Notes: generated from the sequence alone by a model not told the origin. Positions 37,965 through 52,825 are shown, counted from the stretch's first letter. The stretch is DNA of 64,000 nt from an uncultured Trueperaceae bacterium (GCA_963727505.1 CAVSGP010000006.1:160001-224000); one strand, 5' to 3'. Numbers and translations: made by a program.

Positions 37965-40067
37965 GTGCTGAGTACCCCGGAGAAACTCGTCTTCCTCGTT
38001 CTGACGCTCGTGTCGTTGTATTTCGCGGTCCTGGGGTTCGCGCGGGTGATCCGCGTGGTGCGGCGCGGACCGGAGGGTGCCTACCCCCGGCTCGACCGGC
38101 TGCCCGTCCGGCTGGGCGACGGCCTGATGCGGGTGCTGTCGCAGCGCACCGTGTTCCGGGCGCGGCCGTGGGTGAGCTTCTTCCACAGCTTCATCTTCTA
38201 CGGCTTCGTGCTCTACCTGTTCGTCAATCTGATCGACTTGCTCAACGGCTACCTGCCGCACGCCTGGACCGAGGGGATCCGGCTGGGCGTGGTGGGCGAC
38301 GTGTACCGCTTGCTCGCGGACGTGCTCACGGTGCTGATCCTGGTCGGCATGGTCTACATGCTGGTGCGCCGCTTCTGGACCCGCGACCCGCGCCTGGAGA
38401 TGGGCGACTCCACGCTGCTGCACGACAAGGTGCGGCTCGGCGGCATCCAGCGCGACAGTCTCATCGTCGGCGTGTTCATCGTGCTGCATGTGGGCTTCCG
38501 GCTCTTCGGCGAGAGCTTCCTGCTCGCTTCCGAAGGGCACCCTGACGCCTTTCAGCCCGTCGCGAGCGCGGTGGCGTCGGCGGTGGGGTTCGGGCCCGGG
38601 CGCATCTGGGGTTGGCATGTCGGCTGGTGGGCGGCGCTCGGCATGATCCTGGCGTTCCTGCCGTACTTCCCGCGTTCCAAGCACCTGCACCTCATCGCCG
38701 CGCCGTTCAACTTCGCCTTCGAGAGGCGCAGCGAGGGTGGCGGGCGCGTGTCGAGCGGCGCGCTCGAGCCCATCGACTTCGAGGACGAGTCGCTGGAGCA
38801 GTTCGGCGTCGCTAGCCTCGAGCACCTGCGTTTCCCGCAGCTCCTCGACCCCTACGCCTGCATCCAGTGCAACCGCTGCGCCAACGTGTGCCCGGCCAAC
38901 CAGACCGGCAAGGCGCTCAACCCGGCCGCCCTGGAGATCAACAAGCGCTACGAGCTCAACCTCGTGGGGGAGGCGTTCGCGCGGGGCGAGGCCAGCCCGC
39001 GCCCGCTGATCGAGTTCGCCATCCCCCCCGAGGCGTTGTGGGCCTGCACCACCTGCGGTGCGTGCATGGAAGTGTGCCCGGTCGGGTGCGAGCAGATGAT
39101 CGATATCGTCGATATCCGGCGCGACCAGGTGCTCATGCAGGGCGAGTTCCCCTCGGAGCTGCAGACCGCCTTCCGCGGCATGGAGCGCACCGGCAACCCC
39201 TGGGGTCTCGGCCAGGACAAGCGCATGGACTGGGCCGAGGGGCTGGAGGTCCCCACGGTCGAGCACAAGCCGGACTTCGAGGTGCTGTTCTGGGTCGGCT
39301 GCGCCGGCTCCTACGACCCCGCGGCGCAGAAGACCACCCGCGCCATGGTGCGCATCCTCGAGCAAGCGGGCGTGAACTACGCGGTCCTGGGGAAGGGCGA
39401 GAAGTGCACCGGCGATCCCGCCCGGCGCGCGGGCAACGAGTACCTCTACTATCAGCTCGCCACCGAGAACGTCGCGGTGCTCAACGAGGCGCTGGCCTCG
39501 GAGGCGCTGGACGAGGGGAGCCAGAAGCTGGTGCTGACCACCTGCCCGCACTGCTTCAATGCCCTGTTCAACGACTACCCGCAGCTCGGCGGCGACTATC
39601 GGGTGGTGCACCACACCCAGCTCATCGAGCGCCTGGTCGCTGAGGGGCGGCTGCCGCCCGTGGAGCTCGACGCCAGCGTCACCTACCACGATCCCTGCTA
39701 CCTGGGGCGCCACAACGGCGTCTACGACGCGCCACGCAACGTCTTGACGGCGGGCGGCGGCGAGCTGCGCGAGATGGAGAAGAACCGTAACGACGCGTTG
39801 TGCTGCGGGGCCGGCGGCGCCCAGTTCTGGAAGGAAGAGGAGGAGGGGCGCATGCGCGTGTCCGAGCTGCGCTTCAGCCAGGCCAAGGCGACCGGCGCCG
39901 AGGTCGTGGCGGCCGCCTGCCCCTTCTGCAAGGTGATGCTCTCCAGCAGCGAGAGCGCCGAGAGCGAGGGTGCGCCGGAGGTCCTCGACGTGGCTCAGCT
40001 CGTGGCGGCGCAGCTCGATGCCATGCAGGCGCGCGTCTCCGGAGGGAGCGAGGCCGCCGGCGACTGA
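37965..40067 (+). CDS. Membrane-bound Fe-S oxidoreductase with CCG domains (FadF/HdrD-like)
   Basis: N-terminal TM helices; CIQCNRCANVCP and CTTCGACMEVCP 4Fe-4S motifs; TCPHC, YHDPC, CCGAGG and ACPFC. Confidence 0.9.
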   Translation: MLSTPEKLVFLVLTLVSLYFAVLGFARVIRVVRRGPEGAYPRLDRLPVRLGDGLMRVLSQRTVFRARPWVSFFHSFIFYGFVLYLFVNLIDLLNGYLPHAWTEGIRLGVVGDVYRLLADVLTVLILVGMVYMLVRRFWTRDPRLEMGDSTLLHDKVRLGGIQRDSLIVGVFIVLHVGFRLFGESFLLASEGHPDAFQPVASAVASAVGFGPGRIWGWHVGWWAALGMILAFLPYFPRSKHLHLIAAPFNFAFERRSEGGGRVSSGALEPIDFEDESLEQFGVASLEHLRFPQLLDPYACIQCNRCANVCPANQTGKALNPAALEINKRYELNLVGEAFARGEASPRPLIEFAIPPEALWACTTCGACMEVCPVGCEQMIDIVDIRRDQVLMQGEFPSELQTAFRGMERTGNPWGLGQDKRMDWAEGLEVPTVEHKPDFEVLFWVGCAGSYDPAAQKTTRAMVRILEQAGVNYAVLGKGEKCTGDPARRAGNEYLYYQLATENVAVLNEALASEALDEGSQKLVLTTCPHCFNALFNDYPQLGGDYRVVHHTQLIERLVAEGRLPPVELDASVTYHDPCYLGRHNGVYDAPRNVLTAGGGELREMEKNRNDALCCGAGGAQFWKEEEEGRMRVSELRFSQAKATGAEVVAAACPFCKVMLSSSESAESEGAPEVLDVAQLVAAQLDAMQARVSGGSEAAGD

Positions 40068-40231
40068 ACCGGAGGCCGTCGACCGGCGGGGCCGGCGGCC
40101 TGCGGGTCGAGTGGAATTGTCGGCAGGCCGGCCCCGCACGCGGCGCGTATCCTGTGGGGCGGCGACCGCGTGGTGATGGTGATGGGGGAACGGCCGGCGG
40201 CCGCCCGAGTTCTCGAGGAGGCCGGACCCCC

Positions 40232-42829
<2,598 letters not shown>

Positions 42830-42881
42830 ACGGCGTTGGCGCCCGCCCCACCGGGCCGTCGCGCGGGCTATGCTGGCCCGC

Positions 42882-43478
42882 ATGACGCGGATGAAGCGCA
42901 GCCTGCTGTGGGCGCTGGTACTGGTGGTGGCGGGAGTCGTGGCGTACGGTCTCGGGATCTTGCTACACCCCTCGCCTCCGCTCGCCGGTCAGGCCCTCGA
43001 GAACAACCCGCCCGACGTTGCCGACGTCCATCTCGTCGACGGTGCGGGCGAGCCGGTATCGCTGGCGGACTTCCAGGGAAAGGTGTTGCTCGTCTACTTC
43101 GGCTACACCCGCTGCGCCGACACCTGCCCGCTCACCATGCAGAAGCTCGCCAAGGCCTACCGCGACGCCGGCGCGCCCGGCGACGTGCAGGTGGCGATGA
43201 TCACCGTCGACCCGAGCCACGACACGCCCGCCGTGCTGGACAAGTGGGTGAAGCAGTTCGACCCGAACTTCGTCGGGCTCACCGGCTCCGCCGATCAGAT
43301 CGCCGCGGCCGCCAAGGCCTTCATGATCGGCTACAGCACCGGCGGCGAGCCGAGCGACCACACAGCGGTCGTCGAGGTCGTCGGGCGCGACTCGCATATC
43401 CGCTACATCTACGGTCAGGGAGAGATCGTCAAGCTGAGCGACGACCTGCCGCGACTGTTGGCAGCCAGAGCAGGCTGA
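42882..43478 (+). CDS. SCO1/SenC copper chaperone, probably leaderless
   Basis: N-terminal TM anchor; FGYTRCADTCP (CxxxC), TVDPSHDT and DHT. TATGCT -10 lies 7 nt before the ATG. Confidence 0.9.
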   Translation: MTRMKRSLLWALVLVVAGVVAYGLGILLHPSPPLAGQALENNPPDVADVHLVDGAGEPVSLADFQGKVLLVYFGYTRCADTCPLTMQKLAKAYRDAGAPGDVQVAMITVDPSHDTPAVLDKWVKQFDPNFVGLTGSADQIAAAAKAFMIGYSTGGEPSDHTAVVEVVGRDSHIRYIYGQGEIVKLSDDLPRLLAARAG

Positions 43479-43531
43479 GCCCGCAACCGCGTGTTCGTGC
43501 CGACAGCGTGCCGGCCGGGTGCGATGCGCTC

Positions 43532-44197
43532 CTAGGTCAGGGCGATGCGCTGCGCGAACTCGACCAGCGGCTCGCGCCGGAACCGGTAGGTCCCGCGCGT
43601 GCCCTCGAGCAGGCCGAGGTGACGCAACTCGCCGAGCGTGGCCGTGGTGGTCTCGCGGGCCGCACCGACCATGGCGGCGAGGTTCTCGTGCGTGAGCGGG
43701 AGGGTGATGCGTACCACGCCGCCCTCGGACTGCTGGCCGAAACGCTCCCCCAGCCGCAGCAGTGCGCGCGCCAGGCGTGCGCCGACCGGGAGCTCGCCGT
43801 CTTCGAGAGCGTCCGTCATGCGGGTGAGCTGATCGCCGGTGGCACGGAACAGGGCGGGCTCGAAGGCGGCGGCCTCCTCGCGGGGGACCACCGTGACCAC
43901 GACGCTGGCGCCGAGCGCCTCGGCACTCTCGCGCAGGGCGGCGCCACCGGGCGCCAGGGCGCCGATGAGGTCGCCGGGGCCGGCCACGCCGATGATGCGC
44001 TCCTTGCCGGAAGGAACGTCGATGGCGAGCTTCACCAGGCCGTGCACCACGCGATACACCGTGTCGGCACGGTCGCCGGCACGGTACAGCAGTTCCCCCT
44101 TGCCCAGCTCACGGCGAGGATATCCGTCCAGGCCGCGAGGCGGAGGCGGAGGGCTGTGCCAGCCCGCGTAGAGAGCGGCATCGAAGCTCGGCGTCAC
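43532..44197 (-). CDS. Crp/Fnr family transcriptional regulator, probably leaderless
   Basis: cNMP-like domain (LYRAGD...GLVKL...GDLIG); HTH LTHENLAAMVGAARETTT. TAGAAT -10 lies 6 nt before the GTG. Confidence 0.88.
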   Translation of the reverse strand: MTPSFDAALYAGWHSPPPPPRGLDGYPRRELGKGELLYRAGDRADTVYRVVHGLVKLAIDVPSGKERIIGVAGPGDLIGALAPGGAALRESAEALGASVVVTVVPREEAAAFEPALFRATGDQLTRMTDALEDGELPVGARLARALLRLGERFGQQSEGGVVRITLPLTHENLAAMVGAARETTTATLGELRHLGLLEGTRGTYRFRREPLVEFAQRIALT

Positions 44198-44272
44198 GGC
44201 TGTATTCTAGCCGCCCCCACGCGGAAACGCTGTTCGATGCTTGGCAACGGCCTACCAGGCTAGCGCTCCTGC

Positions 44273-45579
44273 TCAGCCGACCGCCACCTCGCGGCGGAAT
44301 GCGACGGCGCCGCCGACGACCGTCAGCGTTGGCCAGCCGTGCAGGCGTTCGCCCGTCCAGGGGCTGAACCTGGCCTTGCTCCGGAAGTGCCGCGGGTCGA
44401 CCGGGCGCTCGGTCTCGAGGTCGAGCAGCACCAGGTCGGCAGGCGCACCGACCTGCAGGCGTGGCCGATCCCAGCCCATGACGGCGGCCGGACCGTCCTG
44501 GAGGAGCCGCAACAGGTCCGCGAGCTCGAGCTCGCCGGACCGGACCAGGCGCGTGTAGAGCACCGGGAAGGCCACCTCGATGTTGGGCAACCCGAAGGGC
44601 GCGCTCATCAGATCACGCTCCTTCTCGGCACGGGTGTGCGGAGCGTGATCGGTGCCGATGCTGTCGACCACGCCGCGCCGCAGCGCCTCCCGCAGGTAGG
44701 CCACGTCCGCCTCGCTGCGTAGCGGAGGCGCCACCTTGAACACCGGGTCGAAGCCCAGCAGGGCGGCGTCGGTGAGGGTCAGGTGGTGAGGCGTCACCTC
44801 GCAGGTGACCGGCGCCCCCAGCGCCTTGAAGTGCTCGACGACCTGCATGGCGCGCTTCGAGGTCACGTGCGCGATGTGCACGCGCGCCCCGGTGAGGCGG
44901 GCTACCTCGCAATCGCGGAACACCATGACCGCCTCGGCGGCGTCGGGGTTGCCGGGCAGGCCGAGCTGCTGACTGACCTCACCCTCGTGCATCACGCCGT
45001 CCCCGCGCAGGCTGGGGTCCTCGGAGTGGGTCTGGATGACCAGGCCGAGCTCGGCGGCGTACTCGCAGGCGCTGCGCATGAGCCGGCCGTTGGCCACCGG
45101 GATGCCGTCGTCGGTGATCATCACCGCGCCCGCGGCCTGGAGCGCCGCGAAGTCGGTGAGCGTGTCTCCGCGCAGGCCGTGGCTGAGCGCGGCACCCGGC
45201 CGTAGCCGGGCCCCCGGCAGCCTGGCCGCCTTCTCGACAAGCTCCGCCACCAACCCGGGCTCGTCGACCGTCGGCGTGGTGTTCGCCATGCTCACCACCG
45301 TGCCGAAACCTCCGGCCGCCGCCGCGGCGAGGCCGCTCGCCAGATCCTCCTTGACCTCCTGGCCGGGCTCGCGCAGGTGGGCGTGCAGGTCGAGGAAGGC
45401 TGGCGTGAGGAGCGCGCCGCCGGCGTCGACGACCGTTGCCGCGCCGGCCTCGGCGCCCGCGCCCTCGCCGATCGCCTTGATCGCGCCGTCCTCGACCAGC
45501 AGGTCGCCCACGCCGTGATCGCCGTCGCCGTCGAGGAGGCGTGCACCGGTGATGACGAACCGTTCCATCACCCGAGCGC

Positions 45580-45583
<4 letters not shown>
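44273..45583 (-). CDS. pyrC: Dihydroorotase
   Basis: DLHAHLREPG, MANT, HSED, HIAH, EVTPHHL, KVAPPLR and TDHAPH motifs; ATGA-coupled to pyrB. Confidence 0.94.
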
Positions 45584-47283
<1,700 letters not shown>

Positions 47284-47289
47284 CGCTCG

Positions 47290-47318
47290 ATTGTAGCTCC
47301 GGGGCGTCTCGGACTCAA
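47290..47318 (-). promoter_or_regulatory. pyr operon promoter
   Basis: TTGAGT-17-TACAAT; predicted +1 falls at the PyrR loop. Confidence 0.7.
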
Positions 47319-47340
47319 GCGGGGTGTTGTTCGCGGCGGC

Positions 47341-47381
47341 GGGTTCAGCTTCGCTTCAGCCAGGGTTCAGGGGCGCTTCAG
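47341..47381 (+). promoter_or_regulatory. Four TTCAG direct repeats at 11-bp period (OmpR/PhoB-type boxes)
   Basis: TTCAG at 47344, 47355, 47366 and 47377, followed by a CATGCT -10-like hexamer and an AGGAGG RBS. Confidence 0.6.
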
Positions 47382-47416
47382 CGCCCGCGGGCATGCTGAC
47401 GTTCAGGAGGTTACGC

Positions 47417-47839
47417 ATGAAGCGCACAGCCATGTTCGTCTTCGTCACCGCTGCCATGCTGCTCGCCGGTGCCTGGGCGAGCGGACTGCCGCAACAGGGT
47501 ACGGTCCGGGTCATCAACGACCAGGGTGCCCTCGTGGGAGCCGGGAGCGTCCATGACGGCACGATGGAGGTCGAGCTGACCGACGCCGCGACCGGATTCG
47601 TTTCGCTCCTCGTCTCGGACGCGAACGGCAAGACCACCTGGGTGCAGGCGGTGGTCCCCGTCGACGGGTCGCTCCACATCGTGGCCAGCGACGGCGTCCT
47701 TCCCGCACACGCCTTCGCCTCACGGAACGCCCTCGCTTTCGAGTTGCATAGCCACGCCAACGTCGAGGCCAGCAACGCGCCCGCCGGGAGCGCTCAGGAC
47801 GAGTCCCGCGAGAGCGGCGGGAACAGCGTTCGCGACTGA
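47417..47839 (+). CDS. Secreted hypothetical protein (paralog of 48113-48664)
   Basis: AGGAGG RBS; signal peptide ending AWA; VRVINDQGALVGAGSVHDG. Confidence 0.75.
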   Translation: MKRTAMFVFVTAAMLLAGAWASGLPQQGTVRVINDQGALVGAGSVHDGTMEVELTDAATGFVSLLVSDANGKTTWVQAVVPVDGSLHIVASDGVLPAHAFASRNALAFELHSHANVEASNAPAGSAQDESRESGGNSVRD

Positions 47840-48112
47840 CGTACAGGCCGACCCCGACCGGGGCCGGCCTGGCCCGAACTCCTTCGGAGACCCGTGCCAT
47901 GCGACCACCATGGCCTGTGATGGTCTCAACCACTCCCCCCTTCGGGTGGGGCGCGCCCCAGCGGCCGCCCCACCTGGCCTCATGCGGGATTCCGCGCCAT
48001 CCCGGGAGGCGAGAGAAGGCCGTCGGTCGACCGGGACGTGTTCCAGGGCTAGCCCGAGGGCCCTTCCGGGTTGCACAATGAGGACACCGTGTAGGGAGGA
48101 TGGAAGCACTTC

Positions 48113-48664
48113 ATGAAGAAACTGACCCGTTGGACGGTCGCCCTCGCCGCGGCCCTGCTCGTCGCCCATGCGGCGGCGTTGCAGCCGGCCGACGGGACCG
48201 AGGTGGTCGTCACCGACGCTGGGGGCCACCAGCTCGTCGGGTACGGGGTGGTCAAGAACGGCTTCCTGATGCTCCGCATGGGGTCTTCGGCGAGCGCCTT
48301 CGTGATGGTGCTGGTCGCGCCGGACGGCTCGGTCCAGAGCTTCGATGGCGTACACGGAGCCGGTGGTGCGCTGCTCGTCGACCTCGCCGACGGTACCCGT
48401 GAGAGCCTTAGCTCGTTGCTCGGCAAGAACGACATCGCATTGCGCGTGGTGCACCAGGCCGCAGGCTCGGGCTCGTCGAGGGCGGGCTCTTCGGAGGGCG
48501 GGTCCGAGGGGAGTGACACGAGCGGCGGGAGCGACGCGGGCTCCGGCGATTCGTCGGGCTCGGGCGACACCTCCATCTCGGTCGGTGACGGGAGCTCCCC
48601 GGACACGGGCGTCTCCGTCGACACCGGCGATTCCTCATCCAGCGACAGCACCGATGGACCCTGA
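48113..48664 (+). CDS. Secreted hypothetical protein with Gly/Ser/Asp-rich tail
   Basis: Signal peptide; VVVTDAGGHQLVGYGVVKNG; low-complexity acidic C-terminus; overlaps the response-regulator start. Confidence 0.75.
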   Translation: MKKLTRWTVALAAALLVAHAAALQPADGTEVVVTDAGGHQLVGYGVVKNGFLMLRMGSSASAFVMVLVAPDGSVQSFDGVHGAGGALLVDLADGTRESLSSLLGKNDIALRVVHQAAGSGSSRAGSSEGGSEGSDTSGGSDAGSGDSSGSGDTSISVGDGSSPDTGVSVDTGDSSSSDSTDGP

Positions 48665-49340
48665 GTCTTCCGCGGGCGCGTCCCGCGCGCGGATCCTCGT
48701 CGTGGAAGACGACTCCGCGCTCGCCCATCTCGTCGTCGAACAGCTCGGGCACGCAGGCTATCGCGCCGAAGCGGTCGGGCTCGGGCGCGAGGCGCTGGTG
48801 CGCGCCCAGGAGGGTCCCTTCGACCTGGTCGTGCTCGATCTGAACCTCCCGGACGTGGACGGCATCGAAGTTGCCGAGCGCCTGCGGGAGGACGGGGACG
48901 CGGCCATCCTCATGCTCACGGCTCGAGCCGACGTCGACAGCCGCGTCGAGGGCCTCTACGCAGGCGCCAGCGACTACCTCGCCAAACCCTTCAGCGTGCA
49001 GGAGCTGCTGGCCCGCGTCCACGTGCGCCTGCGCGAGCGGCAGGCGACCGGCGTCCTCCGTCACGGTGAGCTGGAGCTCGACCCCGACGCGCTCAGCTGC
49101 CGCTGCGGAGAGGACAGGGTGGTGTTGCCAGAGCGCGAGTTCGAGCTTCTGAGGCTGCTGGTGCGCCACCGTGGCCGGCTCTTCTCGCGCGAGGACATCG
49201 AGCGCGCCCTCTACGGCGTGGACACGCCGGAGTCCAACACCGTCGAGGTGTTCGTCTACAACCTGCGACGCAAGCTCGGCAAGCTCGGCCACAAGGAGAT
49301 CATCCGCACGGTGCGCAACCGCGGGTACATGGTGCTCTAG
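48654..49340 (+). CDS. OmpR-family response regulator
   Basis: ILVVEDD, LDLNLPDVDG, LTAR, DYLAKPF, REFELL, NTVEVFVYNLRRKL and TVRNRGY motifs. Confidence 0.94.
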   Translation: MDPESSAGASRARILVVEDDSALAHLVVEQLGHAGYRAEAVGLGREALVRAQEGPFDLVVLDLNLPDVDGIEVAERLREDGDAAILMLTARADVDSRVEGLYAGASDYLAKPFSVQELLARVHVRLRERQATGVLRHGELELDPDALSCRCGEDRVVLPEREFELLRLLVRHRGRLFSREDIERALYGVDTPESNTVEVFVYNLRRKLGKLGHKEIIRTVRNRGYMVL

Positions 49341-49573
49341 CGGGCCCCGACGGCCTCGACGATCCCAACCCCAGGTTCATGAAGTCCTCGCATGGGACGT
49401 GCGTGAGACGGGTCTGCCTAGTCGGGCACGGCATCGGTCTCGATGGGTCCAGGTGAGGATGCGGGCACGCTCAGCGTGCTCCGCAGGTCCTCACGTGCGG
49501 GCCTCCTAGCGTGAACGCCATCCGCCGCCGGGCGCCGCAACGAGGGCGCCGGGCCGCGATGGGAGGTCACGGT

Positions 49574-50218
49574 ATGACACGACCGCGCAAGCATCGAACG
49601 TTCGCGTTCCTGGCCGTCGCCGCGCTGCTGATGCTGGCCGCTGCCGGCAACGTCCTGGCCGAGGGCGTGCACGCCTCCTCCGTGCAGCTCTACGCCGGCC
49701 TCCCCGGGTTGGGAGGCCGGCTCGTCGACCGGGCGAACCGTCGCATGCCGGACGCGGGCCGCGAGCCGCGCGTCCTCATCACCACCGTGGAGAATGCGCC
49801 AATGCTGCGCCTGTCATGGGCGGCGGCTGAAAGGGCGGGCGCAGCGCTCGACCCGGGCGCCGAACGTCTCGTTCCGCACGGGGCCGTGGTGCTGAGCGAA
49901 ACCCACAGCGAGGGCCGCGTCCACATCGCTCTCGTCCACCCGGACTGCGTGGACGCCCGCATCCCCGCCCGCCACGCAGTCGCCCGCGGCGCAGTCGCCA
50001 CCCGCGCTGCCGCCACCCGCGCTGCCGCCACCCGCGCCGCGGTGTCGGTGCGCTCAGGGGGCTCGGAGGCGGAGGGTTCGCCCGGCGCCCCGGGGGGCCG
50101 GGCGGTGCTCAGCGCGGCGGCCGGCGCCGGGCGACGGTCCGGTAGAGCCGCTCCCCTCCGAACGCCAGGATCGAGAGCCCGGCCACGAACCAGAGCTGCG
50201 CAGGGTGCTCGCGGATGA
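49574..50218 (+). CDS. Hypothetical secreted protein; 3' end doubtful
   Basis: GGAGG RBS and a signal peptide. The C-terminus runs through a 15-bp tandem repeat (AAATR) and overlaps the convergent APC gene by ~110 bp. Confidence 0.4.
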   Translation: MTRPRKHRTFAFLAVAALLMLAAAGNVLAEGVHASSVQLYAGLPGLGGRLVDRANRRMPDAGREPRVLITTVENAPMLRLSWAAAERAGAALDPGAERLVPHGAVVLSETHSEGRVHIALVHPDCVDARIPARHAVARGAVATRAAATRAAATRAAVSVRSGGSEAEGSPGAPGGRAVLSAAAGAGRRSGRAAPLRTPGSRARPRTRAAQGARG

Positions 50219-51389
50219 CCTGCGCCAGCAGCGTCAGCAACGCGGCCGCCGACGCCGTGGCCGCCAGCCACGAGACGCTCCGGCGTGCGCCCGTGCGACG
50301 GGCCAGGCGGGCGCTGGCGACGTTGACGAAGGTGAAGATCAGCAGGAAGCCCGCGCTGCCGACGGCCGCGATGCTGGCCAGCGGGACCAGGTTCGCGAGG
50401 ACCAGGGTGGCGCCTCCGGTGATCAGGAGCCCTTCGATCGGCCGGTTCCATACTTTGTGCTCGAGCTCCTCCGGCAGCTCGCCGGAGCTGGCGATGACGA
50501 AGCTGACGCGTGCCGCGCCGTAGAGCGAGGCGTTGATCGCCGACGCCGTGGACAGCATCGCCGCCACCGCGATGAGGGCGAACCCCGCTTCGCCCAACGA
50601 GGGCCGCGCGGCCACGGCCAGGGCGTAATCCTTGGCGTCGACCAGGGTGGCCGCCGGCACCGCGCCCACCGCGACGAGCGCCACCGCCACGTACAGGGCC
50701 ACCACGAAGCCCACCGCCAGGTGATAGGCGAGGGGCAAGGTCTTCTCGGGGTCGCGTACGTCCTCGGCGGCGTTGGCGATGAGCTCGAAGCCCTCGTACG
50801 CCAGGAAGATGAGCATGCCGCCGGCCGCGAGCGCCAGGGGAGAGGACCAGGTCGTCGGCGCAAGGCGGCTGGCGTGGATGGCGAGCGCCCCCGCGCCGAC
50901 GAAGACGAGCAGGATCGCTACCTTCAGCCCGACGATGACGGTCTCGGCCCGTCCCACCACGTCGGCCCCGAACATGTTGAGAGCGGTGATGATCACCACC
51001 ACCGCGCTGAGCAGCAGGTGCCGTACGGCCTCGTGGGCGGGGCCGGTCGCGAAGCTCGAGCCGTAGCTGCCGAACGCCTGCGCGTAGAGCGCCAGCATCA
51101 CCAGGTAGCTGAGCCACAGCATGACGTTGAGCCCGCCGCTGAGCATGCCGGTGCCGAACGCTTCGTTGAGGAAGGTGACGGTGCCGCCGCGGTTGGGGAA
51201 GGCCAGCGTGAGGTGCACGTAGCTGTTCGCCGTCAGCAACGCCACCAGCCCCGCGAGCAGGAACGCCAGCGGAGCGCCGCCGCCCGCCAGCTCGACCGAC
51301 AGCCCCAGCACCGCGAAGATGCCGCCCCCCACCATGCCGCCGACACCGATGGCGACCGTGCCCCACAGGCCGATGTTGCCTCGCTCCAC
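50109..51389 (-). CDS. APC family amino acid permease
   Basis: GVGGMVGGGIF, FLAYEGFELIANAAED and STASAINA motifs; ~12 TM segments. Confidence 0.9.
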   Translation of the reverse strand: MERGNIGLWGTVAIGVGGMVGGGIFAVLGLSVELAGGGAPLAFLLAGLVALLTANSYVHLTLAFPNRGGTVTFLNEAFGTGMLSGGLNVMLWLSYLVMLALYAQAFGSYGSSFATGPAHEAVRHLLLSAVVVIITALNMFGADVVGRAETVIVGLKVAILLVFVGAGALAIHASRLAPTTWSSPLALAAGGMLIFLAYEGFELIANAAEDVRDPEKTLPLAYHLAVGFVVALYVAVALVAVGAVPAATLVDAKDYALAVAARPSLGEAGFALIAVAAMLSTASAINASLYGAARVSFVIASSGELPEELEHKVWNRPIEGLLITGGATLVLANLVPLASIAAVGSAGFLLIFTFVNVASARLARRTGARRSVSWLAATASAAALLTLLAQVIREHPAQLWFVAGLSILAFGGERLYRTVARRRPPR

Positions 51390-51501
51390 GCTGATGCGCT
51401 CCCCTCCGAGCCGTACCGCGCCCAGCGTACTGCGGCCTGCTCGTGCGCGGGGCGCGGGTGAATTACCGCCAAATACCACCCAGGGGTATAAGATGCGAGC
51501 C

Positions 51502-51825
51502 ATGGCGAAGCACCCGATCAAGCTGACCGATACCTCGTTCAAGCGCGCCACCAAGTCCGGAGTGGCCCTGGTCGACTTCTGGGCGCCCTGGTGCGGGCCC
51601 TGCCGCATGGTGGGCCCGATCGTGGAGGAGATCGCCGGCGAGCTCGGCGACAAGGTCCTGGTCGCCAAGCTGAACGTCGACGAGAACCCCAAGACGGCCT
51701 TGCAGTTCCGCGTCCAGAGCATCCCCACCGTACTGGTCCTCAAGGACGGCGAGCTGCAGCAGGCGATCGTGGGCGCGCGTCGCAAGGGGGACTACGTGGG
51801 AGCGCTGCAGAAGGTCCTGGCCTGA
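51502..51825 (+). CDS. trxA: Thioredoxin, probably leaderless
   Basis: VDFWAPWCGPC, KLNVDEN and SIPT motifs. TAAGAT -10 lies 7 nt before the ATG. Confidence 0.93.
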   Translation: MAKHPIKLTDTSFKRATKSGVALVDFWAPWCGPCRMVGPIVEEIAGELGDKVLVAKLNVDENPKTALQFRVQSIPTVLVLKDGELQQAIVGARRKGDYVGALQKVLA

Positions 51826-51989
51826 CGGCGTAGCCGTTCGCGGCGCGTGCGGGACCCTATCCGTCCGCCTGCCCGAGGCGCGCGAGGAAGGCCTCGCGCG
51901 CCATCCACACCTCGATGAACGCGACGTCGACGAGACGTCGGTCCTCCAGGCTTGCAGGGGTATAGGCCGCCAGCAGGGGAGCACCCCGC

Positions 51990-52493
51990 TCAGATCGCCT
52001 CGGTCGGGTCGGTGCCGCCGGTCGCGGCGAGCCGCGGGCTGAGGAGATGATCGAGGCAGGCATCGTAGATCACGCCCTGGCGGAAGTCCGTGACCAGGTC
52101 CTCGACGCTGACGTCGGCCAGCACCTCCAGCAGGCGCTCCCGGACACGCTCCCAGACGGCGCTGCGGGCGTGGCAGCGGGCCTCCTCGGCGCAGGCCACG
52201 CGCCAGTTGAGGCTGACGCAGGCCAACGGGGCGACCGGCCCGTCGACGGCGCGCAGGACGTCGCGCAGGCTGATCTCGCCTGCCGGTCGTGCCAGTGCGT
52301 AGCCGCCCCCGACGCCCTTCTTGGAGGCCACCAGGCCGCGGCCGTGGAGCACCGACAGGATCCGGAGGAGGTAGGGGCGCGCGACGCCGGTCGCACCGCT
52401 GATGCCCTCGCTGGAGACCCAGCGACCGCGCGGCTGGGTGCCCAGGAACCCCAGCGCCTGGAAGGCGTAGATGTCGGTGGCGGAGAGCCGCAT
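51990..52493 (-). CDS. Rrf2 family regulator with three Cys (possible Fe-S)
   Basis: YLLRIL...[25 protein letters not shown] and [16 protein letters not shown] motifs. Confidence 0.9.
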   Translation of the reverse strand: MRLSATDIYAFQALGFLGTQPRGRWVSSEGISGATGVARPYLLRILSVLHGRGLVASKKGVGGGYALARPAGEISLRDVLRAVDGPVAPLACVSLNWRVACAEEARCHARSAVWERVRERLLEVLADVSVEDLVTDFRQGVIYDACLDHLLSPRLAATGGTDPTEAI

Positions 52494-52825
52494 GTGCCTC
52501 CTGAGTCTAGCAGCGCCCGGTCCAGTCCCTGCGGTAAATGCCGTGCTCGTGGGCGACCGGCGCGGACGACGTTGGGAGGGCGACGCAAGGGGGGCGAGCC
52601 TTGTCCCTAGGATAGTGGATGGAAGGAGTCAAGTATCGTGATGCATGAACCGGGTACGGGCACGGGGATCGCGTCTCCAGGACGACCGCGCCCGCGCTCC
52701 CGAAGCAGGCAAGATGGAGTCCTCGACAACGGTGCCGGAGCGCGGACGTCGGGGGCACGCCATGATCGCGTCGGGCGGCCGCGCGCCGGCGCGCGCATCC
52801 TGTGGCAGACGTGGAGGAGGTCGCG

